64,000 nt of DNA from assembly GCA_042570545.1 (NCBI GenBank), contig JBHPGJ010000003.1:8214-72213 (forward strand). Direction: 5' to 3'. The translations under genes and the position numbers were made by a program. Every line of letters begins with the position of its first letter. Positions within the stretch are counted from its first letter, which is position 1. Below the pieces are notes generated by a model, which saw only the letters and a program-made list of their open reading frames with translations, did no database searches and was not told the DNA's origin. The stretch comes from Patescibacteria group bacterium (GTDB lineage Bacteria; Patescibacteriota; Patescibacteriia; JBHPGJ01). Positions 36,784 through 47,393 of the stretch are shown piece by piece.

Positions 36784-36951
36784 ACACAAACCACCTGCCA
36801 CAGAATAACAAAATATGGTTGAAATGACAAGATTATTTAAAAACAGTCTTCCCGTTGTGGATAACAGCAGTGGATTTATTGTGCAATTTAGAGGGTTGCT
36901 TAAGGCAAGTTAAAGGGTTAGAATACGTAGGCCTAACCTACAAAATAATAT

Positions 36952-38328
36952 ATGGCTAAGACAAAAACAGTAAATATTAAGGAAGAAAGGTTACCACCAC
37001 AGAATATTGAAGCTGAACAATCAGTTTTGGGTTCCCTTCTGATCGATCAAGAATCAATCGTAAAAGTGGCCGATATTATTCGTCCGGACGATTTCTACAA
37101 AGAGGTTCATCGCGATATCATGGAATCGATGATCGATATTTATGAAAGACGAGAACCAATCGATGTTCTGTCGTTGTCCAATCGATTGAAAGAAAAAAAT
37201 AAATTAAAGGACATCGGTGGTCGTGGATATCTAGCCGAACTGGCTAATCGCGTTCCGACAGCCAGTAATATAGTGCACTACGCCATGATCGTACAGCGCA
37301 AGTCTACTTTGAGGCGCTTACTATCAGCCGCAACGGATATCGTAAGTTTGGGCTATAGCGAGGTTGATGATGTGGAGAAGGTGCTAGATCAAGCCGAGCA
37401 ATCATTGTTTGATGTATCACAAAGGTACTTACGGCAAAATTTCGTGCCAATAAAAAGCGTATTATCTGAAGCTTTTGATCGTATTGATGAATTGCACCGA
37501 GAGAGCGGAAAACTAAGAGGTGCCCCGACCGGTTTTGCCGACATTGATTCGATCTTAGCCGGTTTACAAAAATCCGATCTGATCGTAATCGCTGCCCGTC
37601 CATCGGTAGGTAAAACCACCCTAGCCCTGGACATGGCACGCCATGTCGCCGTTGAAAGTAAGCTGCCGGTAGGCATTTTCAGTTTGGAAATGTCCAAAGA
37701 ACAATTGATTGATCGTTTATTATGTACGCAAGCTAATGTTGAGCTATGGAAAATGAGGACTGGCCGTTTAACGGACGAAGAAGAATTCTCTCGCATCGGC
37801 CATGCTATGGGCATATTATCCGAAGCACCAATTTTTATTGATGATTCTGCTATCACCTCGGTAATGGAAATGCGCACCAAGGCTCGTCGTCTTCAATCTG
37901 AACACGGATTGGGTTTAATGATTGTTGACTATCTACAGCTGATGGAAGGCCGATCGACTACCGAAAACCGAGTTCAACAAGTAGCCGAAATCACTCGAGC
38001 GCTTAAGGGTATTGCCAAAGAACTAAACGTACCAGTACTGGCTTTATCACAATTGTCCCGATCAACCGAAGCCCGAACACCGCCCATCCCTAAGTTGGCT
38101 GATTTACGAGAATCAGGTTCGATTGAGCAAGATGCTGACGTGGTACTATTTATCTATCGTGAAGCTATGTATAATAAAGATGTCGAAAGACCAAACGTAG
38201 CCGAAATTCACATAGCTAAACACCGTAATGGTCCTACCGGTAAAGTTGAATTATATTTTGATGAAAATCGAGTTAGCTTCCGTGATTTAGAACGAGAACA
38301 AGAACCAGAACCAGTAACCCCATTTTAA
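36952..38328 (+). CDS. dnaB: Replicative DNA helicase DnaB
   Basis: 458 aa. N-terminal domain (PPQNIEAEQSVLGSLL), Walker A AARPSVGKTT, and the RecA-like C-terminal domain (IVDYLQLM, SQLSR). Confidence 0.92.
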   Translation: MAKTKTVNIKEERLPPQNIEAEQSVLGSLLIDQESIVKVADIIRPDDFYKEVHRDIMESMIDIYERREPIDVLSLSNRLKEKNKLKDIGGRGYLAELANRVPTASNIVHYAMIVQRKSTLRRLLSAATDIVSLGYSEVDDVEKVLDQAEQSLFDVSQRYLRQNFVPIKSVLSEAFDRIDELHRESGKLRGAPTGFADIDSILAGLQKSDLIVIAARPSVGKTTLALDMARHVAVESKLPVGIFSLEMSKEQLIDRLLCTQANVELWKMRTGRLTDEEEFSRIGHAMGILSEAPIFIDDSAITSVMEMRTKARRLQSEHGLGLMIVDYLQLMEGRSTTENRVQQVAEITRALKGIAKELNVPVLALSQLSRSTEARTPPIPKLADLRESGSIEQDADVVLFIYREAMYNKDVERPNVAEIHIAKHRNGPTGKVELYFDENRVSFRDLEREQEPEPVTPF

Positions 38329-38332
38329 TAAT

Positions 38333-38632
38333 ATGTTTGATAAACTAAAACAACTAAAAGAGCTAAGGGACCAGGCCAAGGATCTAAAAAGTAAACTGGC
38401 CGAGATTACTGTCTCAGCCCAAGCTGAAGATGATAAGATCACCGTGGTAATGAACGGCAATCAGGAGATCGTGTCTGTTGATATTGATGCTTCTTTACTA
38501 ATACCTGATCAGAAAGAAAAGGTACAAAAGGGACTTATTGAAGCAATCAATCAGGCAAGCAAAAAGGCCAAGTCAGAAATGGCTAAGCAGTTTCAGCAGG
38601 GTAATTTCCAAATGCCAAATTTCGGGTCTTAA
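38333..38632 (+). CDS. ybaB: Nucleoid-associated protein YbaB/EbfC
   Basis: 99 aa with the YbaB family pattern (KLKQLKELRDQAKDLKSKLAE...ITVVMNGNQEIVSVDID). Classic ybaB-recR pairing. Confidence 0.8.
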   Translation: MFDKLKQLKELRDQAKDLKSKLAEITVSAQAEDDKITVVMNGNQEIVSVDIDASLLIPDQKEKVQKGLIEAINQASKKAKSEMAKQFQQGNFQMPNFGS

Positions 38633-39235
38633 ATGAAAGAAGCAAAACCGGCGATCATAGCTGATTTAATTGAACGCTTTAGTCAATTGCCCGGTGTCGG
38701 CCGAAAAACGGCTGAGCGCTATGTTTATTACCTCATAAATCAGACTCCGGAGGTTATAAGAGAGTTAGCTGATAAAATTGCTGACTTACCAAAAAGCATC
38801 ACTAAATGTGAATCGTGTAATCGGATTGCTGAAGATAGTCCCTGCAATATCTGCCATGACAGTCAGCGAGATAAATCTATAATCTGCGTGGTGGCCGAAT
38901 CTCAGGACCTAGCACCGATTGAGAGCTCAAAGCATTACCGGGGTCAATATCATGTCTTGGGGGGTGTTTTAAATCCGCTTGAGGGCATCACTCCCGATAA
39001 ATTAACTATCAAAGCTCTTTTACAGCGATTAGAAAAAAACGGTGTAAAAGAGATAATATTAGCTTTAAATCCTGACATTGAAGGCGAATCAACGGCCTTA
39101 CAACTGGCGAAAACATTAAAAAACAAACCAGTTAAAGTAACTCGCTTAGCTCGTGGACTGCCGATGGGTTCTGATTTGGCTTACGCCGATGAAGTAACTC
39201 TATCGAATGCCATCAAAGGGCGGCAAGAAGTGTAA
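38633..39235 (+). CDS. recR: Recombination protein RecR
   Basis: 200 aa. HhH (LPGVGRKTAERYVYYL), C4 zinc finger (CESCNRIAEDSPCNIC) and Toprim domain. Confidence 0.9.
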   Translation: MKEAKPAIIADLIERFSQLPGVGRKTAERYVYYLINQTPEVIRELADKIADLPKSITKCESCNRIAEDSPCNICHDSQRDKSIICVVAESQDLAPIESSKHYRGQYHVLGGVLNPLEGITPDKLTIKALLQRLEKNGVKEIILALNPDIEGESTALQLAKTLKNKPVKVTRLARGLPMGSDLAYADEVTLSNAIKGRQEV

Positions 39236-39250
39236 GACCTTCCACTGTAA

Positions 39251-39565
39251 TTACTTCTTAGTAATGGCTGTAATTTTTACTTTGCTTAGTTTTTGCCGAT
39301 GCCCCTGCTTGCGTCGATAACGAGTTTTATTCTTATATTTCCTGACTATTACTTTTTTGGCCTTAGTTTGCTGTTCCAACTTTCCGGTTACTTTGGCGCC
39401 TGTAATATTGGGCTGACCAATAGTAACGTTATCTTTATCAGAAATAAGCAACACTTTATTAAACACTACCTCGGCGCCTTCCTTCTTGGGTAGTTTTTCA
39501 ACAGCCAAAACTTGTCCCTTTTCCACTTTATATTGTTTTCCGCCAGTTTTAATTATGGCAAACAT
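39251..39565 (-). CDS. rplU: 50S ribosomal protein L21
   Basis: 104 aa. MFAIIKTGGKQYKVEKGQVL. Confidence 0.85.
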   Translation of the reverse strand: MFAIIKTGGKQYKVEKGQVLAVEKLPKKEGAEVVFNKVLLISDKDNVTIGQPNITGAKVTGKLEQQTKAKKVIVRKYKNKTRYRRKQGHRQKLSKVKITAITKK

Positions 39566-39604
39566 AAAATTTAATCACTAAGTTTATTGATGAGTAGTAT
39601 AGAG

Positions 39605-40105
39605 TCAGTTGGTAAACTTGTCAATATTATCTATATTCACCAGTTGATCAATTTCCATCGCGTTTTGTGTGGCTGTGCCTCCAATAAATTCCAAGACCAT
39701 TTTAGCCTCACTGACTGGATAATAAGTAACTGGATTTTCCTCTTCCGTTGGCCTAGCCTCTTTCTTAATATCAACTATTCTGTTGTTTTCAATCCAGATT
39801 ATATCAAGGGGAACATTAGTATCTTTCATCCAGAAACCCCAATTCTTGCTTTCGGAGAAGATAAACAGCATGCCGGTATTATTTCGTAGTGAATCACGTC
39901 CGGACAACCCCTTGGCCCGTTGTGAATCAGTATTAGCTACTTCAACATCATAAGTTAAATCATTGATTGTCACCTGAGTAGTACGGCCAATTACTTGATG
40001 GTAGCGAAAAGTTATTTGGGACATCAAATTATCGCCGCCCATGACAAAGGCTATCGGCGCTAAAAATATTATCAATATTATCACTAATATCAGTCCGCGG
40101 TTCAT
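39605..40105 (-). CDS. DUF192 (COG1430) family protein, membrane-anchored
   Basis: 166 aa. MLFIFSESKNWGFWMKDTNVPLDIIWI matches the DUF192 conserved core. Confidence 0.55.
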   Translation of the reverse strand: MNRGLILVIILIIFLAPIAFVMGGDNLMSQITFRYHQVIGRTTQVTINDLTYDVEVANTDSQRAKGLSGRDSLRNNTGMLFIFSESKNWGFWMKDTNVPLDIIWIENNRIVDIKKEARPTEEENPVTYYPVSEAKMVLEFIGGTATQNAMEIDQLVNIDNIDKFTN

Positions 40106-40189
40106 CAGTTAAAGTGTAACTGATTATTCATATCCCGACCAGTATCCAAAAGCCCCCCGTTTTAGCGGAGGGCTTAATTTCAACAATAC

Positions 40190-42562
40190 TTAGTTAGACT
40201 TTTTTCGTCGAAAGGCTAACTTTTTTGGTCTGACAAGCACAATTCCTACTGCCACCAACAGCAGTCCACTGACAAACATCAGATAATCTTTAAACTGGAT
40301 TCCCGTGTCAGCCAGCGCACCCAATACTTCAGGTACGCGAATTTCCAATGAAGCTGTGTCTTGTACTTCATCGTGATTATCGGCCCAGGTGACAGCAATA
40401 TTGTCATAGGTGCCAGCTGTCTGATTACTTTTGATAGTTACCTCATAATTCGTTTCCGTACTCTTTCCCGGCTGTAGGTCACCCAGCTCCCATTCTTGCG
40501 TATCCTTACCATCACTATAAGTAAAACCAGCCGGTAGTGTATCCATCAACATGGTGTTCAGGGCAGCCCCTTCGCCTACGTTGGCTACGGTAATGGTATA
40601 CTGTACCGTATCTCCGGGATTAGCAAATTCTTGGCCAACTTCCTTAACTATTTCTAGCACTGGTTCAGTTACCTCACCTAATACTTGTGGCACATTTACC
40701 ACCACTAGGGCATTATCGGAAGCAATTTTCTGCTTTACTATTGTCAAGGTTGGCTGGGCAGCCGTAACAGAGAAATTAGCCGGAACTAATGTCTTTTCTT
40801 CAACCACTCCTTCTTCACCATAAACGGTACCGAATATTGTGACTTCATTTAGCAGCTCATCACCATCCTGAACTTCCTCAGATACGGTTACCGTTATTGT
40901 TTCTGAACCAGTAACTACTGGGGTATGCGGTCCGATATATGTCCAGGTTACAGTATGCTTTTGGGCATCATAGGTTGCTGTTCCGGTGGCGCCAGCGAAA
41001 GCGACTTCGGCTGGTAAAGTATCTACTACTACAACTTCATCAACATTCATAACACCAGTTAATTCCCAATCAATGGTATAAGTCACCGTATCGTCTGGCT
41101 CAACCTCGGTCGAATCAGCTGATTTGGTGATATTAACATCGAAGTCTGGCTGGTTACCAAAGTTACACATTTGACGTGGTACAAATTCACGACTAATTGT
41201 TGCTACTTGAGGTGATAAACAGGTGCTTTCACCTTCTGGCAATATTATGGTGTGACAGTTGTTATTCGCCGGGTGTGTTTGTTTATAGCTATCTTGCTGT
41301 ACTTCACATATATCATATGTACCAGCTGGTAAATTGAACTGGTAATTTCCATTCACATCTGTTTGGGTACTAGCCACTAACGAAGTTTCTTGTCGAGCTT
41401 CAATTGTCCAATTTTCAAGTTTTGGTTCACAGTCTGGTTCTATAACTTCGTCAACATTAATAGATGTAGATTCACAATCTCTTTCACCATTGCCATTAAT
41501 ATCGTGCCACTTATACCCATGAACCGGATAGGTTTCTTGAACATTCCATGAGACACAATAATATGCTTCGTCTGCATTTGGTCTGCTTATCCATTCAAGG
41601 TTGTCATAATTTTTTACGTCATTATTACAGTAGAATTCAGCCGTATAATGATTGCTATTACTTGTGCCAGTGAAAGGAATATATCCGTCCTGCCATACTT
41701 CTCTAAACCAGAAAGTTTCAGTTTGATCATTCTCAATTTGATCGAGGTCAAGTTCAACCATGGTCATTCCGTTGCTATCGGTTGGGCCAAATGTACTCCA
41801 GAGACCACTTGCTTCACCCGTATTATCACCAGGGTTATAATCAGGATGACTAGTAGATACGTTTATGCGCCACTGGAAGTCCCAGCCAGCTGCGAATTCA
41901 CAACTATCGTGTCCATCCACCCAAACTTGAGCAGTATTTGCGTCGATTATAAAAGATCCGCCCTTGTGGCGATCAGGCAGTTCAGATTCATCAGTACAAA
42001 CTATTTTGTGTGCCACTATTGTTACTGGACCAAGTGGTTCCTCAATAATTTCAACAATGCTTCTGGTCTCGCATGAGTAACCTTTTCCATAAAGTGACTC
42101 CAGAATTGCAAAATCAACATCATCCACTATCCCATTACCATCAAAATCGCCACTTAAATCACTGCCGGCCTGTGCGATGCTAAACATTGACAGATCGATC
42201 AGATCCACCACCCCGTCGCCATTCATGTCCGGACAAGCAGGTACTTGATCAAAGCTATTATACCAATCGGCACATGAAAAACTGGCTGATGGATACACGC
42301 TCTCAAACATTGCAAAATCAATATCATCGACCGTGCCACTGCCGTCAAAATCACCCGACGGATGGTTATCGTTGTGTGCGATACCAAACATCGAGAAATC
42401 TACCAAATCAATTACCCCATCAGAATTCATGTCCGGACAAGGTAGCACCCCCGATTCGGCTACAGCCGGTCTTATCATTGTCCCAATTAGAGACATATTA
42501 ATTACCGTGATTGCCATGATAAAAACATGGAATCCCCGGCTAAATGTATGTTTGTTAAACAT
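40190..42562 (-). CDS. Surface protein: signal/TM, two tandem N-terminal dockerin-type modules, Cys-containing central domain, DUF11-like repeat region, C-terminal LAXTG-type sorting signal
   Basis: 790 aa. Dockerin Ca-binding repeats DMNSDGVIDLVD / DFDGSGTVDDID and DMNGDGVVDLID / DFDGNGIVDDVD. DUF11-like beta-repeats (ITKSADSTEVEPDDTVTYTIDW; ITVANVGEGAAL). C-terminus LADTG, then a hydrophobic stretch (IQFKDYLMFVSGLLLVAVGIVLV), then RPKKLAFRRKKSN. A terminator hairpin lies downstream (40150-40185). Confidence 0.65.
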   Translation of the reverse strand: MFNKHTFSRGFHVFIMAITVINMSLIGTMIRPAVAESGVLPCPDMNSDGVIDLVDFSMFGIAHNDNHPSGDFDGSGTVDDIDFAMFESVYPSASFSCADWYNSFDQVPACPDMNGDGVVDLIDLSMFSIAQAGSDLSGDFDGNGIVDDVDFAILESLYGKGYSCETRSIVEIIEEPLGPVTIVAHKIVCTDESELPDRHKGGSFIIDANTAQVWVDGHDSCEFAAGWDFQWRINVSTSHPDYNPGDNTGEASGLWSTFGPTDSNGMTMVELDLDQIENDQTETFWFREVWQDGYIPFTGTSNSNHYTAEFYCNNDVKNYDNLEWISRPNADEAYYCVSWNVQETYPVHGYKWHDINGNGERDCESTSINVDEVIEPDCEPKLENWTIEARQETSLVASTQTDVNGNYQFNLPAGTYDICEVQQDSYKQTHPANNNCHTIILPEGESTCLSPQVATISREFVPRQMCNFGNQPDFDVNITKSADSTEVEPDDTVTYTIDWELTGVMNVDEVVVVDTLPAEVAFAGATGTATYDAQKHTVTWTYIGPHTPVVTGSETITVTVSEEVQDGDELLNEVTIFGTVYGEEGVVEEKTLVPANFSVTAAQPTLTIVKQKIASDNALVVVNVPQVLGEVTEPVLEIVKEVGQEFANPGDTVQYTITVANVGEGAALNTMLMDTLPAGFTYSDGKDTQEWELGDLQPGKSTETNYEVTIKSNQTAGTYDNIAVTWADNHDEVQDTASLEIRVPEVLGALADTGIQFKDYLMFVSGLLLVAVGIVLVRPKKLAFRRKKSN

Positions 42563-42692
42563 AGTAAAAAATTCCCTTCTAATTATAGTTAAGTGAATTA
42601 TCCAATTTTATTCTCATTTAAAGATTTTTGCCTTTTGGGCATCAGCTTTAGTTAATAAAACTTAAATTATTATTAAATGCTTGTCAAGTTAA

Positions 42693-43808
42693 TTAGTATT
42701 GGTTGAGTTTGGGATGTTTTATCCTATATACAAATACTAAACTAGCACCCAAAATGACCATAATAAAAGCCAACAATCCAAGGGTCCAATATTTGTTCAC
42801 TCCGGTCAGAAATAGCCCGGCCAGACCAAAAACAGATGATAGAAACAATAAAAATGTAACTGATTTGCGGTGAGACAAACCAACGTCTAATAAACGGAAA
42901 TGTAGGTGTTTTTTATCTCCTTTAAACGGTGAACGTCTTTCAATGATAACTCTTCTGATAATTACCCACACCACATCCAATATCGGTATTCCCATAACTA
43001 ACAAAGCAGTTGCTATTTTGCTGCCCGCGATGATAGACAATATGCCCAGCATAAATCCAATAAATACGCTTCCCCCTTCACCCAGAAAGATCTTGGCCGG
43101 GTGCCAGTTAAAAAATAAAAAACCCAGACAAGCACCAAGCAGAATAGCTGACAGCAGGGCCGTGCCGGGCTGTATAACGTCTGACCGTAATGAGATAATG
43201 AATATTACTAACGATCCAATGGCGCCCAGACCGGCGGTCAGACCATCAAGTCCATCTAGGAACTTAGTAGTATACATCATACCTAATAACCAGAAGAGAG
43301 CAAAAATATCGGCCCACAGAGTAACTTGAAATATGGTCTGGCCAATAGTTAAAACATCAATATTAAATTGATCTAAATTTATCACCCCGCCAAAGGGATT
43401 GGATATAAAATCAATGCCGATGCCGGCAGCGACAATCGCCAAACTAGCCAACAGTGGCCAAATAATCTGTTTGGCAGCTTTTAAATGATAGCGGTCATCA
43501 AGCCAGCCACCGATCATTAATAAGCCACCGCCAATAATGATGCCGACTATATATTTCCAAGGCATGCCATCCCCTATTAACCGGTTAGAGAAAAAGGCTA
43601 CGGCCAGCATGCTAATCACCACGCTTAAATAAACTGCCAAGCCGCCTAACAGTGGACGTGGGATTTGATGTATTTTTCTTTCTGGTGCTGATTCAGGATA
43701 ATCTATTGTCCCCCAGCGAAAGGCTAATCTCTTTACTACAAGCGTAGCCACTACAGTCAAAGCCAGACTGATGATAAAAGCTATAATATACCAGGAATAT
43801 TTATCCAT
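42693..43808 (-). CDS. MraY/WecA-family polyprenyl-phosphate N-acetylhexosamine-1-phosphate transferase (GT4 integral-membrane enzyme)
   Basis: 371 aa, about 10 TM. The signature is TKFLDGLDGLTAGL, with cytoplasmic-loop Asp residues (GGWLDDRYHL). Confidence 0.7.
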   Translation of the reverse strand: MDKYSWYIIAFIISLALTVVATLVVKRLAFRWGTIDYPESAPERKIHQIPRPLLGGLAVYLSVVISMLAVAFFSNRLIGDGMPWKYIVGIIIGGGLLMIGGWLDDRYHLKAAKQIIWPLLASLAIVAAGIGIDFISNPFGGVINLDQFNIDVLTIGQTIFQVTLWADIFALFWLLGMMYTTKFLDGLDGLTAGLGAIGSLVIFIISLRSDVIQPGTALLSAILLGACLGFLFFNWHPAKIFLGEGGSVFIGFMLGILSIIAGSKIATALLVMGIPILDVVWVIIRRVIIERRSPFKGDKKHLHFRLLDVGLSHRKSVTFLLFLSSVFGLAGLFLTGVNKYWTLGLLAFIMVILGASLVFVYRIKHPKLNQY

Positions 43809-44205
43809 TTATTCGTCGAAAATCAATATAATCATCCAGAAGGATTTTAGCCGCTTGGGAATCAATATTTTCTTTAGATTTATCTGGGGTTATTTTTCTA
43901 GCCGCTACGGTGGATAATCTTTCATCCCAAAATTCAATTGGCACATCGATTTGCAGGGCCAGCAGTTTGGTAAAATCTTTTACTCTAATCGTTTGTTCGG
44001 TCTCCTGGCCATTCAGACCTATCGGCAAGCCAATTACTATCAACTCGGCTTTTTCTTCTTTGACTAGTTTTATCAAAGCTTGAATAGAGTCATTATCATC
44101 TTTGACATTTATAACCGGCCGAACAAAAGCTTGCTGTTTACTTTCATCAGTAGCGGCCACGCCGAGTCGTTTTTCTCCATAATCAATTGCAATGTATCGG
44201 CTCAT
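43801..44205 (-). CDS. ruvX: Putative pre-16S rRNA nuclease/Holliday junction resolvase RuvX (YqgF)
   Basis: 134 aa. IAIDYGEKRLGVA...IVIGLPIGLNGQ...DERLSTVAA. Confidence 0.8.
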   Translation of the reverse strand: MSRYIAIDYGEKRLGVAATDESKQQAFVRPVINVKDDNDSIQALIKLVKEEKAELIVIGLPIGLNGQETEQTIRVKDFTKLLALQIDVPIEFWDERLSTVAARKITPDKSKENIDSQAAKILLDDYIDFRRING

Positions 44206-44206
44206 A

Positions 44207-44959
44207 TTATTTCGTTAATATTTGTGGTCCTTTAGAAGTTATTGCCACTGTACGCTCAATATGAGCAGCTAATTTATGATCAGTGGTTTCTACGGTCCAG
44301 CCATCAGAGTGGGTAAATACACGCCAGTTGCCTTCAGTTATCATTGGTTCGATAGCTATGACCATGCCGGTTTTTAATTTAGGACTTGGGCCGCTTGATA
44401 TAAAGTTGGGCACAGACGGCTCTTCGTGTAAATTACGACCAATGCCGTGCCCCACCAATTGGCGGACTACACCAAAACCCGCTTCCTCGACTTTTTGCTG
44501 AACAGCTCGACTTATATCCCTTACTTCGTTACCAGCGACAGCTTTAGTAATACCAGCTTCTAAACCAGCCCGAGTAATATCTATTAACTTATGTCCAACA
44601 TCATTATCAGTCTGGCCCTTGATGAATGATTCAGCCATATCCAAATAAAATCCTTGATAGCCTATGCCAATATCTAAACTTATTAAATGACCATCTTCTA
44701 TGGTTTTTTTCTCGGCGGGAATGCCGTGCACCACCTCGCTGTCAACGGATATACAAACGGACGCCGGATAATTACGATAACCTTTAAAGGCCGGCTTAAC
44801 TTGAACATCGGCCATATACTCTTCGGCCTTTTCGTTGATATCAGACATCTGTTTCATCCCATTTTTTATATCGGCAATTAATTGCTTCATAATCTTAGCC
44901 AAAATCTGGCCACCTTGTGACATAGTATCGATTTCCAACTCCGTCCTAATCGGAATCAT
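44207..44959 (-). CDS. map: Methionine aminopeptidase type I
   Basis: 250 aa. Metal ligands in context (VHGIP, DIGI, HGIG, EPM). Confidence 0.9.
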   Translation of the reverse strand: MIPIRTELEIDTMSQGGQILAKIMKQLIADIKNGMKQMSDINEKAEEYMADVQVKPAFKGYRNYPASVCISVDSEVVHGIPAEKKTIEDGHLISLDIGIGYQGFYLDMAESFIKGQTDNDVGHKLIDITRAGLEAGITKAVAGNEVRDISRAVQQKVEEAGFGVVRQLVGHGIGRNLHEEPSVPNFISSGPSPKLKTGMVIAIEPMITEGNWRVFTHSDGWTVETTDHKLAAHIERTVAITSKGPQILTK

Positions 44960-45610
44960 TTATTCGTTACGAGATAATAAATCAGCTATTAATTTTGCTA
45001 CCTCAGCAATCGCCGGAGTACCATCAACGGATATTAATTTACCTTGATCCTGATAATATTTAATGAGCGGCATAGTGGTTCGATGGTAAATCTGTAACCT
45101 TTGTTTAACAGCTTCCGGTTTATCATCGTCACGATGTATTAAATTATGTCCGCAATTATCGCATTGCTCGTCAAATTTTGGCGGTTTTATCTTCATACTA
45201 AAAGTTGCGCCACATTGTGAACATATCAGACGACTGCTTATTCTCTCTATAGCGCTCTGGTCAGTAAGTGTTAGCTCGATGACTTTATCTGGAGATGATA
45301 ATTTATCCAGAAATTCAGCTTGATTTTTATTCCGGGGATAACCATCCAGAATATAACCATGACTGGCATCTGGTTTTGCCAATCGTTCCGCCAGCATGGC
45401 ATTCGTTATTTCGTCTGACACTAGCTGACCGTTGGTAATTAAAATCTCGGCTTTTTTGCCCAGATCAGTTTTTTGTTCAATATTGGCGCGAAAAATTTCT
45501 CCCGTTGAAACATTAGGGACCTTTAACTGGTCAGCCAGTAATTCTGCCTGCGTTCCCTTACCCGATCCCTGGGGTCCGATTATGACAATGCGCTTAAAAT
45601 CTTTTATCAT
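44960..45610 (-). CDS. adk: Adenylate kinase with zinc-binding LID
   Basis: 216 aa. GPQGSGKGTQ P-loop. CSQCGATFS...CDNCGHNL four-Cys LID. Confidence 0.92.
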   Translation of the reverse strand: MIKDFKRIVIIGPQGSGKGTQAELLADQLKVPNVSTGEIFRANIEQKTDLGKKAEILITNGQLVSDEITNAMLAERLAKPDASHGYILDGYPRNKNQAEFLDKLSSPDKVIELTLTDQSAIERISSRLICSQCGATFSMKIKPPKFDEQCDNCGHNLIHRDDDKPEAVKQRLQIYHRTTMPLIKYYQDQGKLISVDGTPAIAEVAKLIADLLSRNE

Positions 45611-45622
45611 AAGTCAAATAAT

Positions 45623-46897
45623 TTATAAGCCTTCATAATCGCGCATGACCAATTGAGCGTCAATTTGTTTGACCGTCTCAATAACTACGCTGACTACAAT
45701 GAGTAGCGAGGTACCGCCTAGTACCAAAGTCTGTATACCAGTGGCTGCCTGAGCGATATTTGGCAATACGGCGATGACACCCAAAAACAAGGCGCCGGCT
45801 AATATTATGCGATTAGAAACATAGTTCAGATACTCGGCAGTCATTCGGCCCGGCCGTATTCCGGGTATAAAGCCCCCTTGTTTTTGCAGATTCTCAGATA
45901 TTTGATCAGGGTGAAAAATTATGGTTGTGTAAAAATAAGTAAATGCCACTACCAAAACAAAGTAAAAAATTCCGTATATCAAACCAGCTTGCATATGGTC
46001 TAATATCCATTGCGCTACGTTGGCGATGATGGAATTTTCAGAATTTACAAAAAATTGAGCAACTATTGGCGGCAATAATACCAATGAGATGGCAAAGATA
46101 ATTGGAATAACGCCAGCTTGGTTAACGCGCATGGGTAAATGGCTGGTGGTCCCGCCAAAAACTCTATTACCACGGATACGACGAGCATAAGTTACTGGTA
46201 TTTTTCGCTGACCTTCATTTATTAATACCACACCGGCTATAGTGACAACTGCCAAGATGACAAATATTCCAACGTTTATTGCCTGGCTGCTGTCAAATAC
46301 GGCAACCGTTTGTTGGGCCTGTAGAGGTAAGCCAGCCACGATACCAGCAAAAATTAATAATGATATACCATTGCCAATTTTCTTCTCTGATATCAGTTCA
46401 CCTAGCCACATCAAGAACACGCTGCCAGCTGTTATGGTTAACATAGCCAATAATAGTTCAATGGTGGACATATCTGGAATTATCCCTTGGCCTTGTTGCC
46501 GTAAGATGGTTATCGTACCGTAGGATTGTAAAATAGCCATTGGTACAGTGAGCATGCGTGTCCACTGATTTATTTTTTGTCGACCAGCCTCGCCTTCTTT
46601 GTTTAATTCTTCTAGTTTGGGAATAATCATGGTCAGCAACTGCATAATAATGGAAGCAGTGATGTAGGGACCCACGCCTATCATAACGATGGAGAAATTT
46701 TCTAAAGCACCTCCAGAAAAAATATTAAGCAGTCCTAACAGTTGGTTTGAACCAAAGAATTCACGTAAGGCATCATGATTTACACCAGGAATTGGTATGT
46801 GAGCAGCAATACGAAAAATCACCAGTATCCACAATACGTAGAGGATCTTGTTACGTAATTCTTTAACACGCCATAATTGTGAAATTTTTTTCCACAT
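45623..46897 (-). CDS. secY: Preprotein translocase subunit SecY
   Basis: 424 aa, 10 TM, with conserved SecY plug and hinge regions. Canonical position after rplO. Confidence 0.92.
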   Translation of the reverse strand: MWKKISQLWRVKELRNKILYVLWILVIFRIAAHIPIPGVNHDALREFFGSNQLLGLLNIFSGGALENFSIVMIGVGPYITASIIMQLLTMIIPKLEELNKEGEAGRQKINQWTRMLTVPMAILQSYGTITILRQQGQGIIPDMSTIELLLAMLTITAGSVFLMWLGELISEKKIGNGISLLIFAGIVAGLPLQAQQTVAVFDSSQAINVGIFVILAVVTIAGVVLINEGQRKIPVTYARRIRGNRVFGGTTSHLPMRVNQAGVIPIIFAISLVLLPPIVAQFFVNSENSIIANVAQWILDHMQAGLIYGIFYFVLVVAFTYFYTTIIFHPDQISENLQKQGGFIPGIRPGRMTAEYLNYVSNRIILAGALFLGVIAVLPNIAQAATGIQTLVLGGTSLLIVVSVVIETVKQIDAQLVMRDYEGL

Positions 46898-46901
46898 AAT
46901 A

Positions 46902-47393
46902 TTACTTCTTATTTTTTGCGGCTATTTTTTTCTTGGTTGATACTATAAGTATTGTGCGTCCACCAGCTGCCTTAATAGCCTTATCGGCTTGCTGGCTAAA
47001 ACCATGGGCCTTTATAGTAAAAGCTCTTTTTAATTTCACCTGACCAACAACTTTAACACCTCGTCTAGTTGATCTTATTAAACTATTTTCTTTCAATACT
47101 TTTAGGTCAATGACTTTATCAAAATCTGGTAAAAGTATATCTATTTTAGCAATGTTTACGGTTTGTTTAGCTGGCGCCATGCTGGAAAAACCGCGACGTT
47201 TTGGAACCCGAGAAATTAAATGTTTAAGACTTCGTCGAAGATTTCCTTGACGACCGCCTGATCTTGATCGCTGTCCTTTTAAGCCCCGTCCAGCATAGTT
47301 GCCTCGACGACTAGAACTACCACGACCTGATCGCTGTTTTTTGGACTGATGACGTTTACTTAGTCCGCCTAGTGATAATTCTTTAGGTGCCAT
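46902..47393 (-). CDS. rplO: 50S ribosomal protein L15
   Basis: 163 aa, Gly/Arg-rich N-terminus. The start overlaps the rpsE stop and there is no L30 gene between them. Confidence 0.85.
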   Translation of the reverse strand: MAPKELSLGGLSKRHQSKKQRSGRGSSSRRGNYAGRGLKGQRSRSGGRQGNLRRSLKHLISRVPKRRGFSSMAPAKQTVNIAKIDILLPDFDKVIDLKVLKENSLIRSTRRGVKVVGQVKLKRAFTIKAHGFSQQADKAIKAAGGRTILIVSTKKKIAAKNKK

